Program-made: the position numbers and the translations under genes
The notes under the pieces: generated by a model
Told to the model about the DNA's origin: nothing
The model's input: only the letters and a program-made list of their open reading frames with translations
The model's database searches: none
Shown: in pieces, positions 1 through 11,126 of the stretch
How the letters are laid out: the number at the start of each line of letters is the position of its first letter
How positions within the stretch are numbered: the stretch's first letter is position 1
Assembly (NCBI GenBank): GCA_027022365.1
Contig: JALVYU010000007.1
Location: 125,007-189,006, forward strand
Direction: 5' to 3'
Length of the DNA stretch: 64,000 nucleotides
Origin: Desulfurococcales archaeon
GTDB lineage: Archaea > Thermoproteota > Thermoprotei_A > Sulfolobales > Desulfurococcaceae

Positions 1-204
1 TGATGGTGTCGTGCCGTAAAGTATCTTGGGCACAGTTATTGCTTCTTGGACGAATATCATTGGTATAATACTTATTGTGACAAGTAAAACTCCTATTAAT
101 CCATATAATCTCCCAAACAACATGTACATAAACACGTTTGTTAGCTCGATCCCCGATAAAACAGCTATAAAACCGGGCCCAAGGTTCTTCATTATTTTCT
201 TCAT
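1..204 (-). CDS. NRAMP/MntH-related divalent metal transporter, N-terminal part (runs off window)
   Basis: Own translation from ATG at 204: MKKIMKNLGPGFIAVLSGIELTNVFMYMLFGRLYGLIGVLLVTISIIPMIFVQEAITV...; GPG in TM1 and QE in TM2 typical of NRAMP family. Confidence 0.65.
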   Translation of the reverse strand, partial: MKKIMKNLGPGFIAVLSGIELTNVFMYMLFGRLYGLIGVLLVTISIIPMIFVQEAITVPKILYGTTPS

Positions 205-254
205 ACACAACCCGTAAATCTATAACATGCGTATGGATTAAAAACGCAGGGCTC

Positions 255-503
255 TTACTTGTTTGAGAGAATCCTCATTATCTCATTGATCTTCTTGTCA
301 TCTATCTCTCCCATGACGACAATTATTCCGTTGGAGCGTGGCCGAATACTTTTAGACCTAGTTCCGGAATCGGCCTTGTTTTCTGCAACATGTCTTCTTG
401 AACTTGCTTTTATCTTCGTATGATTAAACAGAAGTGGTATTGCTAGTATCGTCATGTATGTAGTGATCATTATTATGCCGATCACATCTATCATTAGCAA
501 CAC
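255..503 (-). CDS. small membrane-anchored hypothetical protein
   Basis: 82-aa ORF, N-terminal hydrophobic helix, GGTG-like SD upstream. Confidence 0.5.
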   Translation of the reverse strand: MLLMIDVIGIIMITTYMTILAIPLLFNHTKIKASSRRHVAENKADSGTRSKSIRPRSNGIIVVMGEIDDKKINEIMRILSNK

Positions 504-671
504 CGCTAACCACTGCTTATCCGGTATTTAAATCGCCTATAGCCGGGTTTTTAAATGGGGGATAGGATATTAGCGGGATATATCAAGAGTATATAAGTGT
601 TTCTACACTCCAGTAATACAGAGTTAATCATAAAGTATCTAGAAAGAAGATTATACTTCCATGGTGATTTA

Positions 672-1568
672 ATGGTAAAGATCGGGCTAATATATAAGCA
701 ACTAACACCACGAGACATTAAGGTATTAAATAGTATAGAGAGAGGGATGAAGAGATACGAGTATGTGCCATTAGAACTTATCGAAAAATACTCAAAATTA
801 CCCGAGACACACATTGTCCTGATTCTCTCAAAACTCCACAGACTAAAACTCGTTAAACGCAAAACAATTGCTGGATATAAATCGTTCCGATTAACATATT
901 TGGGTCTCGACATGCTTGCATTAAACACGTTTGTCCGCATGAATGTGGTCGAGGCTATAGGCGATAAAGTAGCTGTGGGTAAGGAGAGCGAGATATTCTG
1001 TGCTCTAGCACCTGGCGGTAAACAGATCGCTGTGAAATTCATGAGGATCGGTAGGACAAGCTTCCATATGACTCGCCGAGTAAGAGAGTGGGCTGATAAT
1101 CCTCGGTTAGACTGGTATAAGCAAGCCAAGATCGCCGCGGAGAGAGAGTACAAGGCGACAAAGGAGATCTACAGAGAGGGCGGCAGTGTTCCATCACCGA
1201 TTGCATATAACAGGCACGCAGTCGTCACTGAGTTTATTGAAGGCGTTGAACTGTATCGGAAGCCTGAAATACATGATCCCCACGCCGTTCTGGTGAAAAT
1301 CCTTGATACCGTACGTATCGCTTATACAAAAGTCGGGATCGTACACGGTGATCTAAGCGAGTACAATGTATTGGTCGATCTCACGAACAATAGGCCCTAT
1401 ATAATAGACTGGCCCCAATATGTTTACAAGGAGCACCCCCAATCGGAAGAACTATTGAGGAGAGATATAGAATATATAATCAGATTCTTCCGTAAGCAAT
1501 ACAGGGTAGAAATAGACACTGCTAAAGCTCTCAAATATGTGCGGGGAGAAGATGAACAAATCGAATGA
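672..1568 (+). CDS. rio2: RIO2-type atypical serine/threonine kinase
   Basis: N-terminal winged helix, GKESEIF P-loop, HGDLSEYN catalytic loop, IIDWPQ; ATG at 672 follows GGTGA. Confidence 0.93.
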   Translation: MVKIGLIYKQLTPRDIKVLNSIERGMKRYEYVPLELIEKYSKLPETHIVLILSKLHRLKLVKRKTIAGYKSFRLTYLGLDMLALNTFVRMNVVEAIGDKVAVGKESEIFCALAPGGKQIAVKFMRIGRTSFHMTRRVREWADNPRLDWYKQAKIAAEREYKATKEIYREGGSVPSPIAYNRHAVVTEFIEGVELYRKPEIHDPHAVLVKILDTVRIAYTKVGIVHGDLSEYNVLVDLTNNRPYIIDWPQYVYKEHPQSEELLRRDIEYIIRFFRKQYRVEIDTAKALKYVRGEDEQIE

Positions 1569-3597
1569 CCGAGGAAACATGGTCATAGCGGGAGTAGACA
1601 TACTTCCCGGCTATAGCCCTTCATCATCTAATAAACAACCTCATTATGCAGTAGTATTCCTCAGAAATGGTGAGGTCATAGACAGCTACGAAGACGTTAG
1701 TTTTGCACGCATGATAAGACTACTCTGGGAATATAAACCCGATATACTGGCAATAGATAATGTCTTCGAGCTGAAAGAGACAGTTAGCGGTCTCTCCAAG
1801 CTGCTCACACTCTTCCCGCCTAACACTAGAATCGTCCAAGTAACAGGGTGGGGTCCCGAAGCAGTTAATATCAAGACTGTCGCCCGAAATCTCGGGATAG
1901 ATGTCCATGGCAAACTATCTCCTCTTAAAACAGCTTACTTGGCAGCAATGATTGCATGGAAAGGTGGAGGAGCAACCCTTCGCCTCCTAGAAGAGAAGAC
2001 AAAGATCATAGTCACGAAGGGTAGAAGCGTAAGCCACGGAGGCATGAGCTATAATCGGTTCATGAGAAGTATAAGAGCCTCTATCCTAGCAACAACTAAG
2101 GAGATCAAGCGGATACTTGATAAGAACAAACTAGACTACGATGTAACCTTTAAGAAAAGCATGGGAGGCCTCGAAAGAAGTGTCTTCGTGGTGTATGCGC
2201 CGCGCGAGAAACTCTATGGACTAATAAAACCCATTAAGAACAAAAGCGTCCGTGTTATCATTAAACCGATATATCGGGAAAAAATTGTTCTCGAAACACC
2301 ACATAAAAAGCCTGGCAAGAGCCGCGGAATAATTATAGGGTTAGACCCTGGTATCTATACTGGTGTAGCCGTTATAGATCTTGATGGAACCCCTCTTCTG
2401 GCATTCAGTTCTAAGAACCTTGATAGAGCAGATATCCTCGGAATGGTCTCAGGGCTTGGAAGAGTAGTAATGGTGGCCACGGATGTCTCTAAACCACCCG
2501 CCAATGTTAAGAAGCTAGCGTCAACTCTAAATGTACAACTTTTCACTCCTGATAGAGATCTTTCTACTGAGGAAAAACAGGAGATAGTACGAGACATCAG
2601 GGCCAAATATCCATGGATCGAGATAGATGATACTCATGAGCGCGACGCATTAGCTGCCGCGTACAAAGCATACCTTACCATAAGAGATAAGATGATACAA
2701 GCCGAGGCCAAAGCCTCTGAAATGACATTTCCAATTAATATTGATCGGGTCAAGATAATGGTTGCAATGGGTGCTAGCATAGCAGAAGCAATCGAGCACG
2801 AGATAGAGACGGCCGTTGCAATGGTCAAGGAAGAAGTGGAAGCCCCCAGGAAGAAGCCGAGAAGGACACAATCGTTTGGTGAGAAGGAGCTCATGGATAA
2901 AATAGATAATCTATCCCGGAAAATCAAGGTGCTCGAGGCCGAGAAGCGCAGGCTTTTGGATCAGCTTGAACAATATAAAAGACGGGTCGAAGAGCTTGAA
3001 CTAGAGCTCAGAACACTGAGGCTCAGCCGCAGCGATAATGATGAGTTTGCTCGTCGCATCTATATATTGGAGCAAGAAAATAGAGACTTGTCGCAGAGAC
3101 TGAAAAAGGCTCTTGAAGAACTACATCGTACTAAGAAGGAGAAGAAGAACCTTATTGAGATAGCGAAAAAGATAGTTCGTGGAAACTATGTAAACGTGCT
3201 CTCCACGGAAATATTCAGTCCCAGCCTGATCTCATTGGTCCGGAACAGTGACTATCCTCCATTAATTCACGTACGTAATCCCGGAACATTATTGGCCGAA
3301 CATATATTGTTGCTTAAACAGGAGAGGATAGGATTACTCCTTGAAAAACCCATTAGTATTAATGGAGTACCCGTTCTCGATCTCAATAATTATGATCATG
3401 CATTTCTGGAAGATGAATTATTCGTCGAATCACGAGTTATCGGGGACTTAGAGAATGCGTGGGAGGAGATCGTAAGAAGAGAGGAGGAAGATAAATTCAT
3501 GAAAATGGTCAAGTTGATCGAAGACTACAAGAAGGAAAGGATGAAGAGATTGGGACTAAAAAAAGAACCGAGTCTCTGGGAATTCGACAAATATTAG
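1552..3597 (+). CDS. DUF460 domain protein (RNase H-like folds plus coiled coil)
   Basis: [24 protein letters not shown] motifs; long C-terminal coiled coil. Confidence 0.85.
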   Translation: MNKSNDRGNMVIAGVDILPGYSPSSSNKQPHYAVVFLRNGEVIDSYEDVSFARMIRLLWEYKPDILAIDNVFELKETVSGLSKLLTLFPPNTRIVQVTGWGPEAVNIKTVARNLGIDVHGKLSPLKTAYLAAMIAWKGGGATLRLLEEKTKIIVTKGRSVSHGGMSYNRFMRSIRASILATTKEIKRILDKNKLDYDVTFKKSMGGLERSVFVVYAPREKLYGLIKPIKNKSVRVIIKPIYREKIVLETPHKKPGKSRGIIIGLDPGIYTGVAVIDLDGTPLLAFSSKNLDRADILGMVSGLGRVVMVATDVSKPPANVKKLASTLNVQLFTPDRDLSTEEKQEIVRDIRAKYPWIEIDDTHERDALAAAYKAYLTIRDKMIQAEAKASEMTFPINIDRVKIMVAMGASIAEAIEHEIETAVAMVKEEVEAPRKKPRRTQSFGEKELMDKIDNLSRKIKVLEAEKRRLLDQLEQYKRRVEELELELRTLRLSRSDNDEFARRIYILEQENRDLSQRLKKALEELHRTKKEKKNLIEIAKKIVRGNYVNVLSTEIFSPSLISLVRNSDYPPLIHVRNPGTLLAEHILLLKQERIGLLLEKPISINGVPVLDLNNYDHAFLEDELFVESRVIGDLENAWEEIVRREEEDKFMKMVKLIEDYKKERMKRLGLKKEPSLWEFDKY

Positions 3598-4832
3598 TAT
3601 AGCGTCTCCTTGCCTTCCAGTATTAGGTTAGTTATCTTCGTTATATTGGCGAGCTCCTCATCGGCTATGGCTACGGCCTCAGATTTAATGTGAGCTGGTA
3701 TTTCGTCGGTGTTGTTTGGCGGTATGATCTTTATGCTAGCCATGAGGGGTTGATCGATGGGTTTACCTATCTGGCTTAGTAGCTCAACGTAAACATCTCT
3801 GGCATAGTCGAGCTCCTTATATATTCTCTCAGCTATTCTCCTGGCAACAATATTGTAGATCTTACCCACATGGTTCACCGGGTTCTTGCCAGCTGTTGCC
3901 TCGAGGCTTATAGGCCTCATTGGAGGGATTAAACCATTGGCACGGTTTCCTCTGCCTGTCGCACCGTCGTCTCCATGCTCGGCCGATGTACCAGTGACTG
4001 TTAGGTAAACAATGCCTTTCTCAGGCATATCAGCAGTATTTACGTAAACCTTAACATCGTAGTCGGGGACGATTTTGGATGCTAGGTCTAGTACGTCGTT
4101 GACTATTTGTTCTTTTACGCTTAGGTATTCATCCAAGTCTTTGACCAGCGAATCGATTATGGCCGCGGCAATCGTTAGGACTATACTCTTTTCCCTACGC
4201 AACCCCATTACTTTTATGTCTTCGCCAACAGCAGGGTTTTTCTTCTTGTACTCGGGGGAGTTCAGGAGCTTCTCAGTATTATAGACGAGTTTCTCGAGAG
4301 GGGATAAGGGGGCGTATCCGACCCCGATGCTCGTATCGTTTGCAAGGGGGGCGCTTGTTCCTGCTTCGAATACAGAAACAAGGTCGGCGCTTCCTTTGCG
4401 TACTTTATAATCAATAATCACGTGAACGTCTGGATCGAGGAACCTCATGTTCTTCTTCAGCCAGTTTCTTACAGCTTCAACAATTATTCTACCATAAGGT
4501 ATCTTCAATACACCGTCTTCCGTTTTTACCTCTGTTGTTGCTCTACCGGCAACGACTATGTAGATTGGTTCAAGTACAGTGCCTCCACCAAATCTTGGAT
4601 TGGCTTGTCCTCCAACCAGCAATGTCTTGTCGAGATTATGGTGGAGGATTACGCCGAACTCTTTCAAATAGTATTTGCTTAGAAGCCTCGACGCTTCTTC
4701 GCTTGCTGAATCGGCAATGTAGTCGGGATGGCCGAGTCCTTTGCGTTCCACCAGCTCTACCTTCATATCGGTTACGCTCTCGAACTTTAATGCCTCGACA
4801 ACAATGTTTCTTTCAACCATGTTGACCACCAT
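3594..4832 (-). CDS. mat: S-adenosylmethionine synthetase, archaeal type
   Basis: [45 protein letters not shown] motifs. Confidence 0.96.
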   Translation of the reverse strand: MVVNMVERNIVVEALKFESVTDMKVELVERKGLGHPDYIADSASEEASRLLSKYYLKEFGVILHHNLDKTLLVGGQANPRFGGGTVLEPIYIVVAGRATTEVKTEDGVLKIPYGRIIVEAVRNWLKKNMRFLDPDVHVIIDYKVRKGSADLVSVFEAGTSAPLANDTSIGVGYAPLSPLEKLVYNTEKLLNSPEYKKKNPAVGEDIKVMGLRREKSIVLTIAAAIIDSLVKDLDEYLSVKEQIVNDVLDLASKIVPDYDVKVYVNTADMPEKGIVYLTVTGTSAEHGDDGATGRGNRANGLIPPMRPISLEATAGKNPVNHVGKIYNIVARRIAERIYKELDYARDVYVELLSQIGKPIDQPLMASIKIIPPNNTDEIPAHIKSEAVAIADEELANITKITNLILEGKETLY

Positions 4833-4985
4833 CAGCTTCTAGTCTAAATACATATGTTCTTAGAATTTTCTAGTATGTAGAAAGTAATTTTAAGTGTATT
4901 TATCCATCCCTTATTGTTCCCACTGATTGAAATTAACATATTTTGTTTGAAAATAAAACTAAGAGAGCACTAATTTATTGTTTTT

Positions 4986-6965
4986 TCAATTATTATAAGT
5001 ATCTCCTTTACCAGCCTTTATTATGCGGGATGGCCCTGGGACTCTATACATGATTTCCTCGCTGGTAACAGACAAGGTAGTATTTGCTCTATTTCTAAGC
5101 ACCGCCATGATCTTATCAGCTAATTCTTTTCCACGGTGTTCACCCGGTATAAGTACTACATATGCTAGGCTTCGCTGCCTAACTAGGTGTTCGGGCCCAA
5201 TAATAACTCTCTGATACACACCATAGATAGGATCATCTATTTCCTCGATCCCTAGGGCGAGTTTCATCTCCACCCTAAGAAACTGTTTCTTGCCGTAAAC
5301 CATGAAGGCACCCTTAGCGAGATATTCACCGCTTGGAGGCGATTTCGATACCTGATCGCCCCTCACCCAAAACACATCGAGGGCCCCCACGCCCTCCTTC
5401 CAGCCCCTCGAATAACACGCCGCTATAACTGCTGCCTCCTCGATACTTTTAATACCTGGATTCTTTCCCTGGGTCTTGATTACTGTGGCGGGACCACCGT
5501 GTATCTCCGCGTGCAAGAATATATCTTCTGGCGACAAGTATTTTCTCACAATGGTCTCGTTTTGTCCTGCGTCCCTTCCGCCGATGACGAGGAATCCCTC
5601 GCTGGTTATAAGCCAGTGATATTTCTCGTACCAGTGCCTAGGCCTTATCCCCTTAGTGATCCTGGTCTCAATTTTAGATCTCTTCTCCTCAAGCTCCCGG
5701 ATTCTTTCCAGAAGTTTTTCCGCCTCTTTCTCCGCTCTCCTTGCTTTCCCGCGTAGCTCTCCTGCTTTCCTCTTCATTTCTAGGATGTTTTTCCACGCAT
5801 CAAACCTAACATTTATCTCTACAGGTTCACCGCGTACTTTCACCAAAACTTTGCCTTCACTAGGATTAACTGAAACTATCCCTGGACATTTCTCCCTAAC
5901 TTTCTCCCATCCACCCTCTTTTCTGGTCCGATCTATACATTCAAGTAATTTTTCAAACAACGGGTAATTCGCCTGTAGTATATCGGAGATCTTTTCCAGT
6001 TTTTCAGCCTTCGCCTTATACTCGCCAATAGTTTTATATAATTTCTCATATGATTTCTTGAGCCTGCTAATTTCACTCATTATTCTTAATTCTTCCTGCT
6101 TTTCCGCAAATCTTCTCTCATATAGGGAGAAATACGGATCTAGGGCTTCATCAAGGGTATTCATTTCCTTGATTTCGGCCTCATATAGCATAGTGTATAG
6201 GATAGGTTTGTATGCAGTTACTAGTTCGAGTCTATTATCTATGTAAATGAGGTAACCTCTTCCTTGATAAGCCTCATCAAGTAGTTCGCTCAACTTATCT
6301 TTTAATACAGCGACATCGCTGTCCGAGATTTTGCTGGGTTTAGCGGATTTAGAATCGTATAGTCCCGCGCGGAGCAGTATTTCCTCAGCAATATAGCCCG
6401 GCAGCCCCCATCCCTTTACGATGCCGCGGACTAGGTCTTTTCCCCGGAGAAGCAGGCCCCGTAGCTCGTCGGTGCTCATAGTAATTAGGCTAGGCCTTAA
6501 TGGTGGTGGGCGATATATTTGCCCCCTCTTGATCTCTCTATCTCTTAGTTTTTCAAATCTATTTGCATATAGGATCTTGTTATCCTCATCAGTTATAACG
6601 AGGAAGCCACGAGGTATGATCTCATTGTAAATCATTAGTACTCTATCACGGCACTCAATCGTAAGTCTAACTATTCGTTCCCACCAAGGCATATCGATTT
6701 GCCTTATTCTACATCCACGTATGTATTTCCTGAAATAAGCAGCGATGCGGTCGATTCCTTTCTCTCTCGGTTCAACCCTTGATAGGTGTATTCTCACACT
6801 TGGCTCTATTTTGAGCAGCGTCTTCCCCCTATTAGGACATCTAAGCTTAAATAGCCAGTAGTGACCGCACCAGTAGATATTCTCGATTCTACATCCGCTC
6901 AGACTTTTTCCCGTATTTGTACACCAGCTTATTAGGTCGATTATGTCCATTGATTTTTTGATCAA
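4986..6965 (-). CDS. rqcH: Rqc2/NEMF-family ribosome rescue factor (NFACT)
   Basis: ERIV NFACT-N motif, coiled coil, WYEKYHW..GGRDAGQNE, HAEIHGGP, GEYLAKGAF; probable TTG start at 6965. Confidence 0.9.
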   Translation of the reverse strand: MIKKSMDIIDLISWCTNTGKSLSGCRIENIYWCGHYWLFKLRCPNRGKTLLKIEPSVRIHLSRVEPREKGIDRIAAYFRKYIRGCRIRQIDMPWWERIVRLTIECRDRVLMIYNEIIPRGFLVITDEDNKILYANRFEKLRDREIKRGQIYRPPPLRPSLITMSTDELRGLLLRGKDLVRGIVKGWGLPGYIAEEILLRAGLYDSKSAKPSKISDSDVAVLKDKLSELLDEAYQGRGYLIYIDNRLELVTAYKPILYTMLYEAEIKEMNTLDEALDPYFSLYERRFAEKQEELRIMSEISRLKKSYEKLYKTIGEYKAKAEKLEKISDILQANYPLFEKLLECIDRTRKEGGWEKVREKCPGIVSVNPSEGKVLVKVRGEPVEINVRFDAWKNILEMKRKAGELRGKARRAEKEAEKLLERIRELEEKRSKIETRITKGIRPRHWYEKYHWLITSEGFLVIGGRDAGQNETIVRKYLSPEDIFLHAEIHGGPATVIKTQGKNPGIKSIEEAAVIAACYSRGWKEGVGALDVFWVRGDQVSKSPPSGEYLAKGAFMVYGKKQFLRVEMKLALGIEEIDDPIYGVYQRVIIGPEHLVRQRSLAYVVLIPGEHRGKELADKIMAVLRNRANTTLSVTSEEIMYRVPGPSRIIKAGKGDTYNN

Positions 6966-7058
6966 TAATATACACCCATTATCTGGATGCGACACTATAA
7001 TAATTATAAATATGTTTTATCTAGTTGTATTCCCCTAGAAATCCCTGGTGCTACAGCC

Positions 7059-7346
7059 TTGTTTAGCTACAATAGAATAGATGATGAGATCGTTAAGATC
7101 AGGGGATTAATAGGCTTGTTTTACGGGATCACGGCCTATGTATTGTATAGGATCGGTTTGTGGAGTAATCCGCTGTTATCCAGTATTGTATGGATGCTAT
7201 CGGTGATTGTGTATATAGGCACGATCTTGTTTGTAGCTAAAAAACTTGGTGCCAATGACTGGTTCCACGGGTTCTTCAGAGGGATTGTTACTTATTACTG
7301 TACATGGCTATTAGTTCTATTCATCCTCTATGACCTCATTGGATAA
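7059..7346 (+). CDS. small integral membrane protein (3 TM)
   Basis: hydrophobic helices; TTG start after GGTG; divergent from rqcH. Confidence 0.6.
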   Translation: MFSYNRIDDEIVKIRGLIGLFYGITAYVLYRIGLWSNPLLSSIVWMLSVIVYIGTILFVAKKLGANDWFHGFFRGIVTYYCTWLLVLFILYDLIG

Positions 7347-7937
7347 TATTTCCTTCAAAATATGATCTGGCACCCGCTTAGATAGGAGATACTCTTTTAG
7401 TCCTGGAGCCAATACAGGCTTGTTATCCCTGATAGGGTATCGGAACGGTAAGAAGACGTGTCCCTCCCTAGTATTGATCTTCACACCATCAACATATTTG
7501 AATTCATTCATAGAGCCGTGCTTCCATAAATACATCACATAATAAACAGTTCCGTCAATACTGTACTGTCCCTCCCCGATGTTTCTCTTTTCAGCTCTAG
7601 GTGCTCTAGAGCTTAGCAGTTCCTTAGTCCTGCCACGTGGCGGGTAATCACCTAGTATTCCACCTACTACTATATATTTGCCGAGGAGATCATCATATGT
7701 CAATGGTTTTTCAGCCTGGGGATCAAGGATTACGATCTTCTCTTGCGGCACAAGCTCTAATATACTCTTCTCATATACTCGGCCATATTTGCACAATATC
7801 CTCTTGTACCTTGCTGGTATATTTGTAAACCAGAGCATGCCCCTGTCTCCGACTATTAGGCCCGCATGCCTGTATTCAAGAAGTATCCATAAGCTCATCT
7901 CAGGCTCAAGATGCTCGATCACTATGGTGGGCTTCAT
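7317..7937 (-). CDS. SPOUT methyltransferase, Sfm1/DUF431-like
   Basis: IEHLE..W..LEY, LDP, VGGILGDYPPRGRT motifs. Confidence 0.88.
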   Translation of the reverse strand: MKPTIVIEHLEPEMSLWILLEYRHAGLIVGDRGMLWFTNIPARYKRILCKYGRVYEKSILELVPQEKIVILDPQAEKPLTYDDLLGKYIVVGGILGDYPPRGRTKELLSSRAPRAEKRNIGEGQYSIDGTVYYVMYLWKHGSMNEFKYVDGVKINTREGHVFLPFRYPIRDNKPVLAPGLKEYLLSKRVPDHILKEILSNEVIEDE

Positions 7938-8830
7938 TTATTGTCCCTCCAAAGCTCTTTTCTCCGGGCTTCAAGCTGCTCTACTGGTTGCCCCATATAC
8001 TCGGCGGCCGTCAATACTTCTGCATTACGAATTGCGGCAATTTCTATGATGTCTATGATCCTGTCTTTATAATCTAGGTCTCTCAGTAAGTGATGATCTA
8101 CAATGATGGTTCTTGGTCCTTCAGCATTACCCGCTATTCTCATTAGATTGTACAAGCCCTTCTCTATGTCTTCCCGTCGCATCTTCTTCCCCTCAAAATA
8201 GGTCGGGGGACCGCTAATGATCAGTATATCGGGTCTTTTCTCTAGAATCCATTTGAGGGGCGCCTCGCTTATTGGGCCCTGTACATCGCTGGCGTGAAGT
8301 ATTCTATACCCGTTTATATCTATGAGAGTCATTATTACCCATCCCAGCCTGGTATCGTCGGGTCCATGAGGCATTGGCGGTGAGAATACAAGCCTAGCAC
8401 CATCATCTAAGACATATGAGTTCCCATCGGAATAGATTATCTTTCGGGCTATACTATGTACCCCCATTTTCTTCAACAATATATAGGCTCTAACCCTCTG
8501 GCTGTGATTGATCATTTGCTCCGGGTGTTTTATGTAGAGTATCTTTCCACGGTAAAACTCCTGTTCTCCTTCACGATATAAGTAGTGGTCTCTATGGTAA
8601 TGGCTTATGATAACTATGTCTGCATCGTACATCTCATCATGTATAATCTCCAAGTGCTTCTCCAACCTCTCAAGCTCTATAGGATGTGGGGGCAACCCAT
8701 ATCTTCTAGGGGCGAAACTAACGCCTGGATCGATGAAGATCTTATGTGACCCAATATCAATTACTGTAGCCATCCCCCTAGTACCCATGCTATCGAAACC
8801 GATCAGCTTTATCTTGGCCCGCAAATACAT
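7934..8830 (-). CDS. metallo-beta-lactamase fold hydrolase (UPF0282)
   Basis: DSMGTRGMA, SHYHRDH, SDVQGP, DHHLLRD. Confidence 0.88.
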   Translation of the reverse strand: MYLRAKIKLIGFDSMGTRGMATVIDIGSHKIFIDPGVSFAPRRYGLPPHPIELERLEKHLEIIHDEMYDADIVIISHYHRDHYLYREGEQEFYRGKILYIKHPEQMINHSQRVRAYILLKKMGVHSIARKIIYSDGNSYVLDDGARLVFSPPMPHGPDDTRLGWVIMTLIDINGYRILHASDVQGPISEAPLKWILEKRPDILIISGPPTYFEGKKMRREDIEKGLYNLMRIAGNAEGPRTIIVDHHLLRDLDYKDRIIDIIEIAAIRNAEVLTAAEYMGQPVEQLEARRKELWRDNK

Positions 8831-8912
8831 CCTTCCCCAGAGCTCTTCATAGTGAAAGAATTATTTCCATGCTTATTTACTTAGTTCTAAGCGGTTGCGA
8901 TGGTGTAGCGGC

Positions 8913-9698
8913 TTGAGGCTAGAGATCATAGAGAAACCGAGCCTAGAAAAAGCATTATCATGTATCAAGAAAGCGTTAAACAGCAGGGACTATCTGGTAG
9001 TCTTTGGAGAATGCTACGTAGAGTACGAGGGCAGGGGCTCGTCAAGGCTGACCAGCGGTGAACGAATGCTAATAGTTAAGCAAGATGGAGCGGTCCTCCT
9101 ACACAGACCGGAGGGTTATTCTCCGGTCAATTGGCAGCCCTCAACCTCAAGTATTGAAGTAAGGCTTCTGCATGACGGCAAACTATTAATAACGGCCATT
9201 AGGTCTAGGCCACGCGAAATACTGAGAATATACTTCACGAACATCGAAGCAGTGATAAAGGGGCGCCTTAACGATAATGGAGAATTCGTTATGTACCTCA
9301 GCGAAGCCGAGATCAGGGACATAATCTATGATAACCCAGAAATACTTGAGAAAGGCCTCCGAATAGTGGAGAAGGAGAAACCCATAGATATAGGCTATAT
9401 CGACCTATTTGGATACGATATTAATGGAAACCCCGTAATCATAGAGCTAAAAAGAGTGCCCGCCTCCAAGGAGGCGGTGAGACAACTCTATAATTATATT
9501 GTTCAATACAAGAAAAAGTATGGTATTAGACCGAGAGGCATACTTGTTGCACCGACATTCTATAAGTCGGCAATAGACGTTGCTGAAAAAATGGGTATTG
9601 AGTGGAAAGAGATCAATATACAAAAGCTGTGGCGTACGAAGAAAAAGAGCCGCGAGAAGGAGATGAGCACGCTTGACCGGTTCCTTAAGCGTCGATGA
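8913..9698 (+). CDS. nucS: mismatch-specific endonuclease NucS/EndoMS
   Basis: YEGR, KQDGAVLLH, PVNWQP, IDL..D, ELKR, QL..Y. Confidence 0.93.
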   Translation: MRLEIIEKPSLEKALSCIKKALNSRDYLVVFGECYVEYEGRGSSRLTSGERMLIVKQDGAVLLHRPEGYSPVNWQPSTSSIEVRLLHDGKLLITAIRSRPREILRIYFTNIEAVIKGRLNDNGEFVMYLSEAEIRDIIYDNPEILEKGLRIVEKEKPIDIGYIDLFGYDINGNPVIIELKRVPASKEAVRQLYNYIVQYKKKYGIRPRGILVAPTFYKSAIDVAEKMGIEWKEINIQKLWRTKKKSREKEMSTLDRFLKRR

Positions 9699-10299
9699 AC
9701 TATACAATATAACGTCACGTTCTTATGACACGCTTTATCGGGATGAGCAATACCGAAAGTATAGAACTATCTTTAAGATACTCGGCCAAAATAGTCTCAA
9801 CATTGTTGCCGATATAGGATGCGGGACAGGCCTCTTAATAGATTATCTAAAGGAAAATAACATACGTTTTAATGAATACGTGTGTATGGATATTAGTGAA
9901 GGCATGATACGGGGAGCACGGGATAAACACAGCGATAACCCCAGGATAGTCTTCATATTAGCAGATGCTGAACAAATGCCTTTCCGAGACACGGTTTTCT
10001 CCGAGATCTTTATGATAACTGTCTGGAATAACATCGATAATAAGAAAGAAACATTAAAGGAAATATTCAGGATTATGGCTGGGGAGGGATCGGCTGTTGT
10101 AACCATCCTTAAAAAAGCCAAGGATATAACTCCCGACATGATAGATGAAAAATTCAAAGCAATAGCGGAAGATATTGATATCATATATGTTTATAATAAA
10201 AAGGAGTCAATCAGACAATTCTTAAATACACCTAACTATATCATGGTAAAGCAGACCGGGAAAACCACTGAAGAGGATGAACCCCATGGTAGCCGCTAG
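9673..10299 (+). CDS. class I SAM-dependent methyltransferase
   Basis: DIGCGTG motif I, ADAEQMPF. Confidence 0.85.
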   Translation: MTGSLSVDELYNITSRSYDTLYRDEQYRKYRTIFKILGQNSLNIVADIGCGTGLLIDYLKENNIRFNEYVCMDISEGMIRGARDKHSDNPRIVFILADAEQMPFRDTVFSEIFMITVWNNIDNKKETLKEIFRIMAGEGSAVVTILKKAKDITPDMIDEKFKAIAEDIDIIYVYNKKESIRQFLNTPNYIMVKQTGKTTEEDEPHGSR

Positions 10300-10564
10300 A
10301 ACCACTAGACCCTCAACGCCGCTCAAATACCTTAGGAGCGCTGTGAACCAGACCGTACTAATCAAGCTGAAGGACGGCTATGAATATATAGGCACACTAG
10401 AGCTCGTAGACCACACTATGAACGTTGTGCTAAGCGATTGTGAGGAGTACGATGATCAGGGCAACAAGGTCGCCCGTTATGGAAAAGTTCTGATTCGTGG
10501 TAGCCACATATTATTTGTAAGCATAAACTATGGACAGGTAGCACCCGAAATAGCTCTGGGCTAG
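10277..10564 (+). CDS. Sm-like (LSm) RNA-binding protein
   Basis: Sm1 (G.L...D.TMNVVL) and Sm2 (IRGS) motifs. Confidence 0.92.
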   Translation: MNPMVAARTTRPSTPLKYLRSAVNQTVLIKLKDGYEYIGTLELVDHTMNVVLSDCEEYDDQGNKVARYGKVLIRGSHILFVSINYGQVAPEIALG

Positions 10565-10574
10565 GTGTCAAGCT

Positions 10575-11003
10575 TTGGCCTACACGTTAAGAGCCCAAGA
10601 CATAATGGTTCCCGAGCTAAGATACGTGGACAAGAACACGACGATTAAAGAGGCTGCTCAACGCATCATAAACGAGGGAATAGGTTCTCTCATCGTAACG
10701 GACCAGGGAAGCCCTGTCGGGATCGTTACGAAGAGAGACATAATTTGGGCGGTACTTTTCGAGAAGAGAGACGCCGAGAAAGAAACAGTTGATAAGATAA
10801 TGTCCTCTCCACTGATAACAGTTAATGCCGATGATGAAATAGAAGTAATATTAGAGACTATGCTTAGGAATAACCTGACACATTTACCTGTGAGGATGGG
10901 GAATAAATTAGTCGGTATTATAACAGATAATGATCTGGTAATGCTCCTACGTGATCTCCTCGATATTGTCAAAAAGAAACTATCATCAGAAGAAGAGAAA
11001 TAA
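10575..11003 (+). CDS. CBS domain protein (one Bateman pair)
   Basis: GIVTKRD and GIITDND CBS motifs. Confidence 0.9.
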   Translation: MAYTLRAQDIMVPELRYVDKNTTIKEAAQRIINEGIGSLIVTDQGSPVGIVTKRDIIWAVLFEKRDAEKETVDKIMSSPLITVNADDEIEVILETMLRNNLTHLPVRMGNKLVGIITDNDLVMLLRDLLDIVKKKLSSEEEK

Positions 11004-11126
11004 TCGTTTTATATAATTTGACAATGTAACATGTTGTATCGCAGGACTTGAATTATTGGTAACTGTTTGTTCTTAGGATAACTAGTTAATCCTCTATAGA
11101 CAAAGTATTAACCTAGAGGTGAGAGC

